A DNA stretch of 64,000 bases, from the NCBI GenBank assembly GCA_043744175.1, contig JAYTVD010000126.1, positions 1,136 through 65,135 on the forward strand. The letters are read 5' to 3'. The notes beneath the pieces are model-generated. The model saw nothing but the letters and a program-made list of their open reading frames with translations, did no database searches and was not told where the DNA came from. Both the position numbers and the translations under genes were made by a program. The stretch is from Phyllobacteriaceae bacterium (GTDB taxonomy: Bacteria; Pseudomonadota; Alphaproteobacteria; Rhizobiales; Rhizobiaceae). How positions within the stretch are numbered: position 1 is the stretch's first letter; every line of letters begins with the position of its first letter. Of the stretch, positions 24,891 to 34,955 are shown one piece after another.

Positions 24891-26810
24891 ATGTCTATCA
24901 AATCCGAGCAAGCCCTTGATGTGATTTCCATCGGGCGTTCATCCGTTGACCTCTACGGCCAGCAAATTGGCTCCAAACTTGAAGACATTGCAACCTTTTC
25001 AAAATCAGTCGGCGGCTGCCCCGCCAACATCGCTATTGGCACCGCGCGCCTCGGTCTCAAGTCCGGCCTTATCACGGGTGTCGGCAAGGAACAGATGGGC
25101 CGGTTCATCATCGAACAGTGCGCCCGCGAAGGCGTGGTGACGGACGGCATTAAGGTCGATTCTGAGCGTTTAACGGCACTTGTTCTGCTTGCAGTGGAAG
25201 AAGAAGGCGTGTCGCCGATGATTTTCTACCGCCCGGAGTGCGCCGATATGGCGATTGATGAAGCGGATGTGGATGAGGATTTTGTCAAATCCTCACGCTC
25301 AGTGCTAGTTTCTGGTACACATTTTTCTAAGCCAAATACTGAAGCCGCACAGCGCAAGGCCATGCGCATCGCCAAGGAAAACGGCGGCAAAGTCATCTTC
25401 GACATCGACTACCGTCCCAATTTGTGGGGTCTCGCTGGCCTAGACGCGGGCTTTGAGCGCTATGTCGCTTCCGATCATGTCTCAAGTCGCTTGAAAACGG
25501 TTCTGGCCGACTGCGACCTCATTGTCGGCACTGAAGAAGAAGTGCTCATAGCGTCCGGCGAAAGCGATTTGCTCTCCGCCTTGAAAACCATTCGCTCATT
25601 GTCAAACGGAACGATCGTTCTAAAGCGCGGCGCAAAGGGTTGTATAGTCTATGACGGCGCCATTTCGGACAATCTGGAAGACGGCATTGTGGGCGACGGT
25701 TTCGCCATTGAAGTTTATAATGTCCTCGGCGCAGGCGATGCCTTTATGTCAGGCTTCTTGCGCGGCTGGCTGCGCGGCGAAAGCAACAAGACTTCCGCCA
25801 CTTGGGCCAATGCCTGCGGTGCATTCGCTGTTTCACGCCTGCTTTGCTCACCGGAATACGCCACATGGGAGGAGCTGGACTATTTCCTCAAACACGGCTC
25901 AAAGCATCACGCATTGCGCAAAGACGAAGACATAAACCAAATTCACTGGTCCACCACCCGCCGCGGCGAAATCCCTCATATGATGGCGCTGGCCATTGAC
26001 CACCGCTCCCAACTTGAAGACGCGGCGACCAAGGCTGGTGCTGATTTCTCCAAAATTCCGGAATTCAAAGTGCTGGCCGTCAAAGCAGCATCGAAAGTGT
26101 CGGCAGGCCGCAAAGGCTACGGCATGTTACTCGACGAAAAATACGGCCGATTGGCATTTTATGAAGCCGCAAAGCAAAATTTCGACTGGATTGGACGCCC
26201 CGTTGAGCGCCCCGGCACGCGCCCGCTGCGCTTTGAATTCAGTCAGGATATTGGCTCGGAATTGATCGACTGGCCCGTGTCGCACACCATTAAGTGCCTT
26301 TGCTTTTACCATCCAGATGACCCGCAGGCGCTCAAGAGTGAACAGCAGGAAAAACTGCGCGCACTGTTCGACGCCTCCCGCAAAGTGGGCCACGAATTGC
26401 TGGTGGAAATCATCGCAGGCAAGCACGGCAAGCTGGACGATCACACGATTGAGCGCGCTTTAATCGAGCTTTACGATCTTGGCATCCGCCCCGATTGGTG
26501 GAAGCTGGAACCACAGGCAAGCAAGGCGGCGTGGCATAATATCGAGGCCGTTATCAGTGCACGTGACCCGCACTGCCGCGGTGTTGTGCTGCTCGGCCTT
26601 GAAGCGCCGCACGATGAGCTGGAGGCTGCGTTCGGCGCCGTCGCAGATATCAAAGTGGTAAAGGGCTTCGCGATTGGTCGCACGATATTTGCTGATGCTG
26701 CGCAAAACTGGTTCGCAGGTCACATTTCTGACAGCGAAGCTGTGGAAGATATGGCCAACAAATTTGAAAAATTGACAAATGCGTGGCGCCGCGCCCGCAA
26801 ACTCGCCTGA
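24891..26810 (+). CDS. iolC: 5-dehydro-2-deoxygluconokinase (PfkB kinase) fused to a DUF2090-type C-terminal domain
   Basis: N-terminal PfkB motifs (GRSSVDLYG, GAGDAF). The long rhizobial-type C-terminal extension is present. ATG preceded by GAAGGAA. Confidence 0.85.
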   Translation: MSIKSEQALDVISIGRSSVDLYGQQIGSKLEDIATFSKSVGGCPANIAIGTARLGLKSGLITGVGKEQMGRFIIEQCAREGVVTDGIKVDSERLTALVLLAVEEEGVSPMIFYRPECADMAIDEADVDEDFVKSSRSVLVSGTHFSKPNTEAAQRKAMRIAKENGGKVIFDIDYRPNLWGLAGLDAGFERYVASDHVSSRLKTVLADCDLIVGTEEEVLIASGESDLLSALKTIRSLSNGTIVLKRGAKGCIVYDGAISDNLEDGIVGDGFAIEVYNVLGAGDAFMSGFLRGWLRGESNKTSATWANACGAFAVSRLLCSPEYATWEELDYFLKHGSKHHALRKDEDINQIHWSTTRRGEIPHMMALAIDHRSQLEDAATKAGADFSKIPEFKVLAVKAASKVSAGRKGYGMLLDEKYGRLAFYEAAKQNFDWIGRPVERPGTRPLRFEFSQDIGSELIDWPVSHTIKCLCFYHPDDPQALKSEQQEKLRALFDASRKVGHELLVEIIAGKHGKLDDHTIERALIELYDLGIRPDWWKLEPQASKAAWHNIEAVISARDPHCRGVVLLGLEAPHDELEAAFGAVADIKVVKGFAIGRTIFADAAQNWFAGHISDSEAVEDMANKFEKLTNAWRRARKLA

Positions 26811-26824
26811 TTGGGAGACTTGAG

Positions 26825-28672
26825 ATGAAAACAATACGGCTCACCATGGCGCAAGCACTCGCACGGTTTCTCACTGTGCAAATGACCATTATTGACGGCA
26901 AGAAAGTGCAGATTTTCGGCGGCGTCTGGGCAATTTTTGGCCACGGCAATGTCGCCGGTCTTGGCGAAGCACTGCATGGCATTAAGGACAAGCTGCCAAC
27001 CTATCGCGGTCATAATGAACAGGGCATGGCGCTTGCAGCCACCGCATTTGCCAAGGCGTCGTTCCGCCGCCGTTTCATGGCTTGCACGTCTTCAATCGGC
27101 CCCGGCGCTTTGAATATGGTAACCGCCGCCGCTGTTGCCCATGTCGATCGCATCCCCATGCTCTTGTTGCCCGGCGATGTTTTCGCCAACCGCTTGCCGG
27201 ACCCCGTGTTGCAACAGGTCGAAGACTTCAACGACGGCACAATCTCTGCCAATGATTGCTTCCGCCCCGTGTCGCGCTACTATGACCGTATTACCCGCCC
27301 CGAACAGATTATCCCGGCATTGAACCGCACTATGCAGGTGCTTACAGACCCAGCGGAATGCGGTCCTGTAACGCTTTCGCTGTGCCAAGATGTGCAAGCA
27401 GAAGCATGGGATTATCCTGAAGACTTCTTTGCTGAGAAAATCTGGACCCCGCGCCGCATCCGCCCTTCATTGGATGAACTGGACGCCGCGGTTTCAGCAC
27501 TCTCAAAGGCAAAGAAACCGCTCATTCTCTCTGGCGGTGGTGTGCTTTATTCCGAGGCCACGGAGGCACTGCGCGCCTTTGCCGAAAAGCATCAAATTCC
27601 AGTGTGCGAGACGCAGGCCGGCAAGTCATCCTTGCCTGACAGCCACCCTCTCAACATGGGTTCGGTCGGCGTCACAGGTACCTCAGCCGCAAATGATTTA
27701 GCACGAGAAGCCGATGTGATTTTCGCTATTGGCTCACGTATGCAAGATTTCACCACCGGCTCTTGGTCAATCTTCCAAGGCGAGAAAGTAAAATTTATCG
27801 GCCTTAACACGCAAGTGTTTGATGCCGCTAAGCATGATTCCCTGCCACTGGTCGCAGATGCGCAAGCGGGCCTAGCCGATGTCACGGCCGCGCTTGGTTC
27901 CTATCAGGCCCCTGCCACTTGGACCAAGAAAGCACTCGACGGTCATACCGCATGGGATAAAATTTTGGATGAAGCGACCGCAACGTCCAATGCGGCTTTG
28001 CCTTCAGATGCACAAGTTATCGGCGCGGTTCACCGTGTTTATGGCTCTGCGGCCACCGTTGTCTGTGCCGCTGGTGGTCTTCCGGGCGAATTGCACAAAC
28101 TCTGGCGTCAAGGCGCACCGGGTTCCTACCATATGGAATATGGCTTCTCGTGCATGGGCTATGAAATAGCTGGCGGACTCGGTGTCAAACTGGCCAAGCC
28201 AAATGATGATGTGATCGTCATGGTTGGTGACGGATCGTACATGATGATGAATTCCGAGATTGCCTCCTCCATCATGTTAGGCGCTAAACTCAATATCATC
28301 GTCTTGGATAATCGCGGCTATGGGTGCATCAACCGTTTGCAAATGGGCACAGGCGGGGCGAACTTTAACAACCTGCTCAAAGACACCTTCCACGAAGTGC
28401 TGCCGGACATTGATTTTGCCGCCCACGCCGCCAGCCTTGGCGCCGTATCCTACAAAGTCTCATCAATCGGTGATCTTGAAGTGGCCATGGAAAAGTCCCG
28501 CCAAGAGACCCGCACTACGGTCGTCGTCATTGATACCGATGCCCTGATTACGACAAAAGAGGGTGGCAATTGGTGGGATGTTGCCGTACCGGAAGTCTCA
28601 ACGCGGCCCCAAGTTAATGCCGCCCGCAAGGCCTACGAACAAGCCATCAAACTGCGCGCCCTTGCCAACTAA
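26825..28672 (+). CDS. iolD: 3D-(3,5/4)-trihydroxycyclohexane-1,2-dione acylhydrolase (ThDP enzyme)
   Basis: 615 aa. ThDP-binding motif GDGSYMMMNSE...NN. Start set at MKTIRLTMAQALARFL after GGGAGA. Confidence 0.85.
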   Translation: MKTIRLTMAQALARFLTVQMTIIDGKKVQIFGGVWAIFGHGNVAGLGEALHGIKDKLPTYRGHNEQGMALAATAFAKASFRRRFMACTSSIGPGALNMVTAAAVAHVDRIPMLLLPGDVFANRLPDPVLQQVEDFNDGTISANDCFRPVSRYYDRITRPEQIIPALNRTMQVLTDPAECGPVTLSLCQDVQAEAWDYPEDFFAEKIWTPRRIRPSLDELDAAVSALSKAKKPLILSGGGVLYSEATEALRAFAEKHQIPVCETQAGKSSLPDSHPLNMGSVGVTGTSAANDLAREADVIFAIGSRMQDFTTGSWSIFQGEKVKFIGLNTQVFDAAKHDSLPLVADAQAGLADVTAALGSYQAPATWTKKALDGHTAWDKILDEATATSNAALPSDAQVIGAVHRVYGSAATVVCAAGGLPGELHKLWRQGAPGSYHMEYGFSCMGYEIAGGLGVKLAKPNDDVIVMVGDGSYMMMNSEIASSIMLGAKLNIIVLDNRGYGCINRLQMGTGGANFNNLLKDTFHEVLPDIDFAAHAASLGAVSYKVSSIGDLEVAMEKSRQETRTTVVVIDTDALITTKEGGNWWDVAVPEVSTRPQVNAARKAYEQAIKLRALAN

Positions 28673-28696
28673 CAATATCAATTCTGGAGTTATAAA

Positions 28697-29614
28697 GTGA
28701 AAGCTAAACTAGGCATGTCGCCCATCGCATGGTGGAATGATGATCTTGCGGAACTAAGCGATGACGTTTCGCTGGAAGAGTGCTTGCGCCAATCCCGCTC
28801 TGCCGGTTTTACCGGCATGGAGCAAGGCCGCCGCTTCCCTAATAATCCGGAAGAAATGCTGCCAATCCTCAAGGCCGCTGACGTGACGCTTTGCGGCGGC
28901 TGGTTTTCTGGCACGCTGACATTTGAGGATTTGGATACCAACAAAGCCCGCATCAGGCCGATGATTGAGCTGTTCAAGGCCGTCAACGCGCCTTGCATCG
29001 TCTATGGCGAAGTTGGTCGCTCCATTCAAGGCGACCGCTCCAAGCCGCTGGCAACCAAGACTGTGCTTACAGACGATGAGATGAAGGTCTATGCGCGCAA
29101 AGTCACCGAGTTTGGCGAATGGTGTGCTAGCGAAGGCATGCCACTGTCCTACCATCACCACATGGCGGCCGTTGTACAGTTCGAGCATGAGCTTGACGCT
29201 TTCATGAAATACTCTGGCGCTGGCATTCCATTGTTGCTTGACGCTGGCCACCTTGCCTTTGCTGGCGGCGATGTGTTGCGGGCAATTGATAATCACCATA
29301 AGCGCATAAGCCATGTTCATGTCAAAGACGTGCGCATGGGTGTTATCAAGGGGCTGGACTGGACTAAGCAGTCATTCCTAGATGCAGTGGCCCTCGGCGC
29401 GTTCACAGTGCCGGGTGACGGCTCTTTGGATTTCGGCGCGATTGTGCAGAAGTTTGCAGACTATGGCTATGAAGGCTGGTTTGTTGTCGAAGCCGAACAA
29501 GATCCGAAGAAAAACCCGCCGCTCAAAATGGCACAGGTTGGCCATAAAGAATTGATGCGCGTTATGACGGCTGCGGGCTATACTGTGGAAACACAAGGTT
29601 TCCCTAACAGCTAA
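28697..29614 (+). CDS. iolE: myo-inosose-2 dehydratase (xylose isomerase-like TIM barrel)
   Basis: 305 aa with a GTG start. MSPIAWWNDD N-terminus is typical of IolE. Positioned between iolD and iolB. Confidence 0.8.
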   Translation: MKAKLGMSPIAWWNDDLAELSDDVSLEECLRQSRSAGFTGMEQGRRFPNNPEEMLPILKAADVTLCGGWFSGTLTFEDLDTNKARIRPMIELFKAVNAPCIVYGEVGRSIQGDRSKPLATKTVLTDDEMKVYARKVTEFGEWCASEGMPLSYHHHMAAVVQFEHELDAFMKYSGAGIPLLLDAGHLAFAGGDVLRAIDNHHKRISHVHVKDVRMGVIKGLDWTKQSFLDAVALGAFTVPGDGSLDFGAIVQKFADYGYEGWFVVEAEQDPKKNPPLKMAQVGHKELMRVMTAAGYTVETQGFPNS

Positions 29615-29626
29615 TCAAGGCAAGTC

Positions 29627-29854
29627 ATGAACCTCATACAGCCCGAGCATCCATTCTTCCGTCCTGCCTACCGCCGTATTATAACTGTGGCGGTAGCCGC
29701 CTCTTGGGCTGTCATGGAATGGACGATCAAAGACCCGTTCTGGGCGCTGCTTGCAACGGGCATGGCAGGGCTCGCCTATTATGAGCTGATATTTAATTAC
29801 AAATTGCCGCCGCAAGAGGCAGCGAAAGGTGATGAACCCGATGTCAAACCTTAA
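29627..29854 (+). CDS. small membrane protein embedded in the iol operon
   Basis: 75 aa with two hydrophobic segments (IITVAVAASWAVMEW, FWALLATGMAGLAYYELIF). It starts 13 nt after iolE and overlaps the iolB start. Confidence 0.5.
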   Translation: MNLIQPEHPFFRPAYRRIITVAVAASWAVMEWTIKDPFWALLATGMAGLAYYELIFNYKLPPQEAAKGDEPDVKP

Positions 29855-30650
29855 AGTTACGCAAAAGCCTGGCAACGGCCGCGTCGTGCACATCACGCCA
29901 AAAAGCGCAGGTTGGACCTATGTCGGGTTTGATTTGCACAGGCTGGCTAGTGGCGAATCCGCTTCGGGCAGTTCAGATGACCGCGAAACTTGTTTGGTGT
30001 TTGTAACAGGCAAAGGCAACGTCGACGCCGGCAGCGATCTCGGTGAATTAGGTGAACGCATGTCGCCGTTTGAAGGCAAGCCATGGTCTGTCTATGTGCC
30101 AGCCGGTGTGAAATGGTCTGTAACAGCAACAACGACTGTCGAGCTTGCGGTCTGCTCCGCGCCTGCAATTGACAACAAACTGCCAGTACGCGTCATCTCA
30201 CCAGATGGCTTGGGCCAAGAAACCCGCGGCAAGGGCACCAACACCCGTTACGTGACCAACATCTTGCCTGAAGGTGAGCCAGCGGATTCGTTGCTCGTCG
30301 TAGAAGTCATCACGCCCGGTGGCCATACATCCAGCTACCCGCCACATCGCCATGATGAGGATGATTTGCCCCGTCAATCATTCCTCGAAGAAACCTATTA
30401 TCATCGCCTCAATCCGCCTCAAGGCTTTGCGTTCCAGCGCGTCTATACCGACAAGCGCGAAGACGGCACACGCGAACTCGACGTGGCCATCTCCATTGAG
30501 GATGGCGACGTGACGCTGGTTCCCAAAGGCTACCACCCCTGCGCTGCCTGCCATGGCTATGATCTCTATTATCTGAACGTGATGGCCGGTCCTACACGCA
30601 CATGGAAATTCCACAACGCACCGGAACATGAATGGCTGATGAAAGCCTGA
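29841..30650 (+). CDS. iolB: 5-deoxy-glucuronate isomerase
   Basis: Cupin-like with HRHDE and the YYLNVMAGP motif. Alternative starts at 29829 (GTG) or 29832 (ATG). Confidence 0.8.
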   Translation: MSNLKVTQKPGNGRVVHITPKSAGWTYVGFDLHRLASGESASGSSDDRETCLVFVTGKGNVDAGSDLGELGERMSPFEGKPWSVYVPAGVKWSVTATTTVELAVCSAPAIDNKLPVRVISPDGLGQETRGKGTNTRYVTNILPEGEPADSLLVVEVITPGGHTSSYPPHRHDEDDLPRQSFLEETYYHRLNPPQGFAFQRVYTDKREDGTRELDVAISIEDGDVTLVPKGYHPCAACHGYDLYYLNVMAGPTRTWKFHNAPEHEWLMKA

Positions 30651-30663
30651 GCGAAGAAATAAA

Positions 30664-30689
30664 AAAGGCCAGCTATTAAGCTGGCCTTT
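30664..30689. terminator. bidirectional rho-independent terminator
   Basis: AAAGGCCAGC-TATTAA-GCTGGCCTTT between convergent iolB and the desaturase gene. Confidence 0.7.
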
Positions 30690-30721
30690 GCACTAGATTG
30701 AAACGGTAAGCCGCTGCTGTA

Positions 30722-31777
30722 TCAGGCAGCGAGAGCCTGCGTTTTGAACTCGCGGAAACTAATCATCCGGCGCTGGCCTTCATCCCATAATACCAACGGA
30801 ATGCTCTTAAGGCTTTCCCAAATAGTCAGTTTCACGCTGACTTTTTGTAGTTCTTCGCTGGCGTTCAGGCACTCTTGCAAGCGATAGTTTGGAATGCCCG
30901 CACACAGATGATGGATGTGATGCAAACCGATATTGCCAGTAAACCATTGCAAAATCTTAGGCAGCACATAATGCGATGAACCAAGGAGCGAGGCGACGTG
31001 GTAATCCCAATTGTCTGCCTTGTCCCACACGCTGTCTTCAAATTGATGCTGGACATAAAACAACCAGCCACCTGTCCATGCCGCGAGCGTGATAACGGGT
31101 ATGAAGATTTTGAAGATCAGCATCGGGCCGAAAGCAAAAGCAAGCGCGCCATAAAACGCGACAATCGCTACGTTCAGCAGCACCACACTGCGCCATGCGG
31201 CCTTGTCTTTCAGCGCATAAAGAGAGGGAATACGCTGCAAAATGAAAAAGTTCAGCGGCGCACCAATCACCAACTGCACAAGCAAATTGCGATAAATCCG
31301 ATATTTAATTTTGGCGGCGGGCGAAAGTGCGCGGTACTCTTCAACTGTCAGCGTCTCGATATCGCCCTGTCCGCGCTTGTCCAGATTGCCGCTACCGGCG
31401 TGGTGGGCGGCATGGTTGCGCTTCCAATGGTCATAGGGCGTCAGTGTCAAAACACTCAACACAGCGCCAAGACGGTCATTTTGCGCACGCGTATCTAAGA
31501 ACGATCCATGGCCGCAATCATGCTGAATGATAAAAGTGCGCAGCAGAAATCCGGCCGCAGGGAAGGCGAGCAAGAGGGTGGCCCAATAATAGTTGGTGGC
31601 AAGCAACCCCAGCAGCAACATCATCGCGCCAAAGGGCAAGACCGAGTTGATGACTTGGAACGTGCTGCGACGGATGTCTGCACCACGATAATGCATGCAG
31701 TGGCGGTGAATGCGGCGGGCAATAATTTGTAATTCAGATACCGATTGGCTGAGTTCCGGAAAATGCTGATTCATCAA
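30722..31777 (-). CDS. membrane fatty-acid desaturase family protein
   Basis: Three His boxes: HDCGHGS, HWKRNHAAHH and HHIHHL. Multiple TM helices. Confidence 0.85.
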   Translation of the reverse strand: MMNQHFPELSQSVSELQIIARRIHRHCMHYRGADIRRSTFQVINSVLPFGAMMLLLGLLATNYYWATLLLAFPAAGFLLRTFIIQHDCGHGSFLDTRAQNDRLGAVLSVLTLTPYDHWKRNHAAHHAGSGNLDKRGQGDIETLTVEEYRALSPAAKIKYRIYRNLLVQLVIGAPLNFFILQRIPSLYALKDKAAWRSVVLLNVAIVAFYGALAFAFGPMLIFKIFIPVITLAAWTGGWLFYVQHQFEDSVWDKADNWDYHVASLLGSSHYVLPKILQWFTGNIGLHHIHHLCAGIPNYRLQECLNASEELQKVSVKLTIWESLKSIPLVLWDEGQRRMISFREFKTQALAA

Positions 31778-32028
31778 GTGTCCGCGTTAGTCTCCAGGGC
31801 ACGCAAAGCAGGCAAACTCAGCGGCTAAGCCGCAACGCACCCGTCCGGTCACAAGACCAGAAGCCGAAGGATTGCGATTTGCGCAACAACAAATGCGTAA
31901 ACGCTACTGACTCGATGTCAAGTGACAAGCTCGTAATGATGACAATTTCACGCACCATTACATGGGATTAAATCACTTTACTGGAATGATTACAGTGTAA
32001 TTTGCGTGTGCGGTGCACCAAAATTGAG

Positions 32029-32424
32029 CTACACTGACTTCTTATGCTCGATCAAATCCCACAAATTGCCATACAAATCAGCAAACACCGCGACCGTCCC
32101 ATAGGCTTCAAATCGCGGCTCTTCCTTGAATTTCACGCCGTTACTGGTGAAAAGTGCGTAATCCCGCGCAAAATCATCGGTTTCCAGAAACAGAAACACG
32201 CGCCCGCCCGTCTGCGCGCCAATTCGTGAAACTTCCGCCTCATTTTTTGCTTGCGCCAGAACCAACCCCGCTCCGACGCAGTTCTTCGGCCTCACAACAA
32301 CCCAGCGCTTTTCGGGGCCCATTGGCATATCTTGCACAAGTTCAAAGTTCAGGCTTTGAGTGAAAAACGCAATCGCCTCATCATAATCCCGTACCACATA
32401 TGAAACGAGGCCAATGCCGGACAT
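32029..32424 (-). CDS. VOC (glyoxalase/bleomycin-resistance) family protein
   Basis: 131 aa. The pattern of paired beta-alpha-beta-beta-beta modules (GIGLVSYVVRDYDEAIAFF ... DLYGNLWDLIE) fits the family. Confidence 0.7.
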   Translation of the reverse strand: MSGIGLVSYVVRDYDEAIAFFTQSLNFELVQDMPMGPEKRWVVVRPKNCVGAGLVLAQAKNEAEVSRIGAQTGGRVFLFLETDDFARDYALFTSNGVKFKEEPRFEAYGTVAVFADLYGNLWDLIEHKKSV

Positions 32425-32432
32425 GGCGCGCC

Positions 32433-32828
32433 TTACTGAACGTTGGTCACATCGAACCGCGCGATGATGCGCTGTTCGGTAACGTCAAAGATAATGGTTT
32501 GGCGCTTGCCGTCAGTTAGCGTCACATCCATTAAAATACGTGAACCAGATAGGCTCTGATTGTTGATTTGCGCGCCAGTTGGCAATGCAATAGTAGCACC
32601 AATTTCCTTGCCGGGAATTGCCGCAAATCCCGCTTCACTCGTCATTGGCGCTACCGCTTTGATAGGCCTCTCCGAGATTTTGTGGACAAGTGTGTAAAGC
32701 ACGGCCATAAGACCAGCCATCATGACGCCTATCGAGATAACCAGCAGCCGCACCATCTTGCGCCGAACTCTTTCCATTGCGGGGTCCAACGGCTTTTCGA
32801 TAGCTTCATTTCCGTCAACTGCACTCAT
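32433..32828 (-). CDS. hypothetical single-pass membrane protein
   Basis: 131 aa with one TM helix (LLVISIGVMMAGLMAVLYTL). The start may be the internal ATG at 32777. Confidence 0.45.
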   Translation of the reverse strand: MSAVDGNEAIEKPLDPAMERVRRKMVRLLVISIGVMMAGLMAVLYTLVHKISERPIKAVAPMTSEAGFAAIPGKEIGATIALPTGAQINNQSLSGSRILMDVTLTDGKRQTIIFDVTEQRIIARFDVTNVQ

Positions 32829-32836
32829 GGTTTCTT

Positions 32837-33886
32837 ATGCTTCCTGAAAATCTTAACCCTGCTGATAGCGAAGAGTTCGCGCTAACGAAAGCCCTCAACG
32901 TGACGGAAGTGGTCGCTGGTCGGCGCTTAGACCAATGGATGGCAGAGCAGTGCGCACCGGACCTGTCCCGCAGCCGCATCAAGGCGTTGATCGAAGGCGG
33001 CGCGGTAATGCTGGGGGCAAAGCCCGTAACCGAGGCCAAACGCAAGATTAAAGACGGTGAAACCTATACCCTCAATATGCCAGAACCGGAGCCAGCCGAG
33101 CCGGAAGGCGAAGACATTGCGCTGACTATTTTGCACGAAGATGACGATCTCATTGTTATTGATAAACCAGCCGGATTGGTCGTTCACCCTGGTGCCGGCA
33201 ACTGGACAGGAACACTGGTCAACGCGCTTATTCAGCATTGCGGCGACACGCTCTCAGGCATCGGTGGCGTCAAGCGCCCCGGCATTGTGCACCGTCTGGA
33301 TAAGGATACCAGCGGCGTTATGGTGGTCGCCAAGAATGATAAGGCGCACCGGATACTGTCCGAAGCCTTTGCAGATCATGGCCTCACGGGCGAGTTGGAG
33401 CGTGTGTATATGGCGCTCGTCTGGGGCACGCCAGACCGGCAAATCGGCACTGTAGAAGCCCATCTTGGCCGTTCAGAGCGCGATCGCACCAAGCAAGCCG
33501 TCGTGCGCGCCGACCGTGCGGATGCCCGCCATGCCGTCACGCATTTCACAGTCATTGAACGCTTTGGTTTGAAGCCAGATGGAACAGCCGTCGCCTCACT
33601 GGTAGAATGCCGCTTGGAAACGGGCCGCACCCACCAGATCCGCGTCCACATGGCCCATGTCGGTCATCCGCTAATTGGCGACGTTGAGTACGGCATGTCG
33701 TTCAAAACCAAAGCCAACACACTGCCGGAGCCGCTGGCCAGCCTGGTGCGTGCCTTCCCGCGTCAGGCTCTTCATGCGTTCTTCCTCGCCTTCGAACACC
33801 CGACAACGGGCGAGTTGGAAGAATTCAGCACTGATTTGCCAGCGGATATGGCCGAATTGGTAGAAGCCTTCCGTGCTTTGAAGTAG
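32837..33886 (+). CDS. rluD: RluA/RluD-family 23S rRNA pseudouridine synthase
   Basis: S4-like N-terminus (RLDQWMAEQ..SRSRIKALIEGGAV), the catalytic HRLDKDTSG motif and THQIRVH. Confidence 0.85.
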   Translation: MLPENLNPADSEEFALTKALNVTEVVAGRRLDQWMAEQCAPDLSRSRIKALIEGGAVMLGAKPVTEAKRKIKDGETYTLNMPEPEPAEPEGEDIALTILHEDDDLIVIDKPAGLVVHPGAGNWTGTLVNALIQHCGDTLSGIGGVKRPGIVHRLDKDTSGVMVVAKNDKAHRILSEAFADHGLTGELERVYMALVWGTPDRQIGTVEAHLGRSERDRTKQAVVRADRADARHAVTHFTVIERFGLKPDGTAVASLVECRLETGRTHQIRVHMAHVGHPLIGDVEYGMSFKTKANTLPEPLASLVRAFPRQALHAFFLAFEHPTTGELEEFSTDLPADMAELVEAFRALK

Positions 33887-34047
33887 AAATATATTCTTAT
33901 TCGAAGCACAAAAATAATTTTCTATCCCTGCTGTAATCTCGAAAATCATAATTACATGCACCTTCGTCTATCTCGCGCTGATCGCGCGTTGATGGCCCGA
34001 AATTCGCCATAATGGGGATTTTGAATAGATGATGAAAGGGTGCTAAA

Positions 34048-34950
34048 ATGGCCCGTGGAACAGTCCCTGCAATTATGTCTGGAGAAGGCGGTCTCTCTCG
34101 CTATCTCGACGAAATCCGTAAATTTCCGATGCTTGAGCCCAAGCAAGAATATACCCTTGCCAAAAGCTTCAACGAAAACCAAGACACTGATGCTGCCCAT
34201 AAGTTAGTGACCAGCCATTTGCGCCTCGTGGCGAAAATCGCGATGGGCTACCGCGGCTATGGCCTGCCGATTGGCGAAGTTATTTCAGAAGGCAATGTCG
34301 GCCTCATGCAGGCTGTGAAGCGCTTTGAGCCTGAGCGGGGCTTCCGCTTGGCAACATATGCGATGTGGTGGATTAAGGCCTCCATCCAAGAATATGTGCT
34401 GCGCTCATGGAGCCTCGTAAAAATGGGCACGACCGCCAACCAAAAGCGGTTGTTCTTCAATCTGCGCAAGCTCAAGGGCCGCATCCGCGCCCTTGGCGAA
34501 GGCGATATGCGCCCTGAACACGTCACCGAAATTGCCACCAAGCTGCACGTCAGCGAGGCCGAAGTTGTTTCAATGAACCAGCGTCTTTCAGGCGACGCGT
34601 CATTGAACGCGCCGATACGTGCTGGCGAAGGCGAGGCTGGTGAGTGGCAGGATTGGCTGGTTGACGGCCATGACAGCCAAGAGCAAGTGCTCATCGAGCA
34701 AGATGAAATGGACAGTCGCCGCTCCATGCTGCAGGGCGCGATGGCAACGCTCAACGAGCGCGAGCGCCGCATATTCCAAGCACGACGCTTAGCCGAAGAC
34801 CCGATGACACTGGAAGAACTGTCAGCCGAATTTGACATCAGCCGCGAGCGTGTGCGCCAAATTGAAGTGCGTGCCTTTGAAAAAGTACAGGAGGCGGTGA
34901 AAGCCGCCGCCCTGCGTGACCAACAAGCCTTGCGGGTCATCGCTCACTAA
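34048..34950 (+). CDS. rpoH: RNA polymerase sigma-32 (heat-shock) factor
   Basis: 300 aa with the RpoH box QKRLFFNLRKLKG and sigma-70 regions 2 and 4. Confidence 0.9.
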   Translation: MARGTVPAIMSGEGGLSRYLDEIRKFPMLEPKQEYTLAKSFNENQDTDAAHKLVTSHLRLVAKIAMGYRGYGLPIGEVISEGNVGLMQAVKRFEPERGFRLATYAMWWIKASIQEYVLRSWSLVKMGTTANQKRLFFNLRKLKGRIRALGEGDMRPEHVTEIATKLHVSEAEVVSMNQRLSGDASLNAPIRAGEGEAGEWQDWLVDGHDSQEQVLIEQDEMDSRRSMLQGAMATLNERERRIFQARRLAEDPMTLEELSAEFDISRERVRQIEVRAFEKVQEAVKAAALRDQQALRVIAH

Positions 34951-34955
34951 CCGGA

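Noticed and set aside
31778-32028. 250-nt untranslated region upstream of the desaturase gene, considered as a possible riboswitch or sRNA
   Set aside because: I could not recognise any known riboswitch core or a strong conserved-looking structure by eye. It is left unannotated.
34257-34940. 227-aa minus-strand ORF
   Set aside because: Antisense to rpoH, which is unambiguous.
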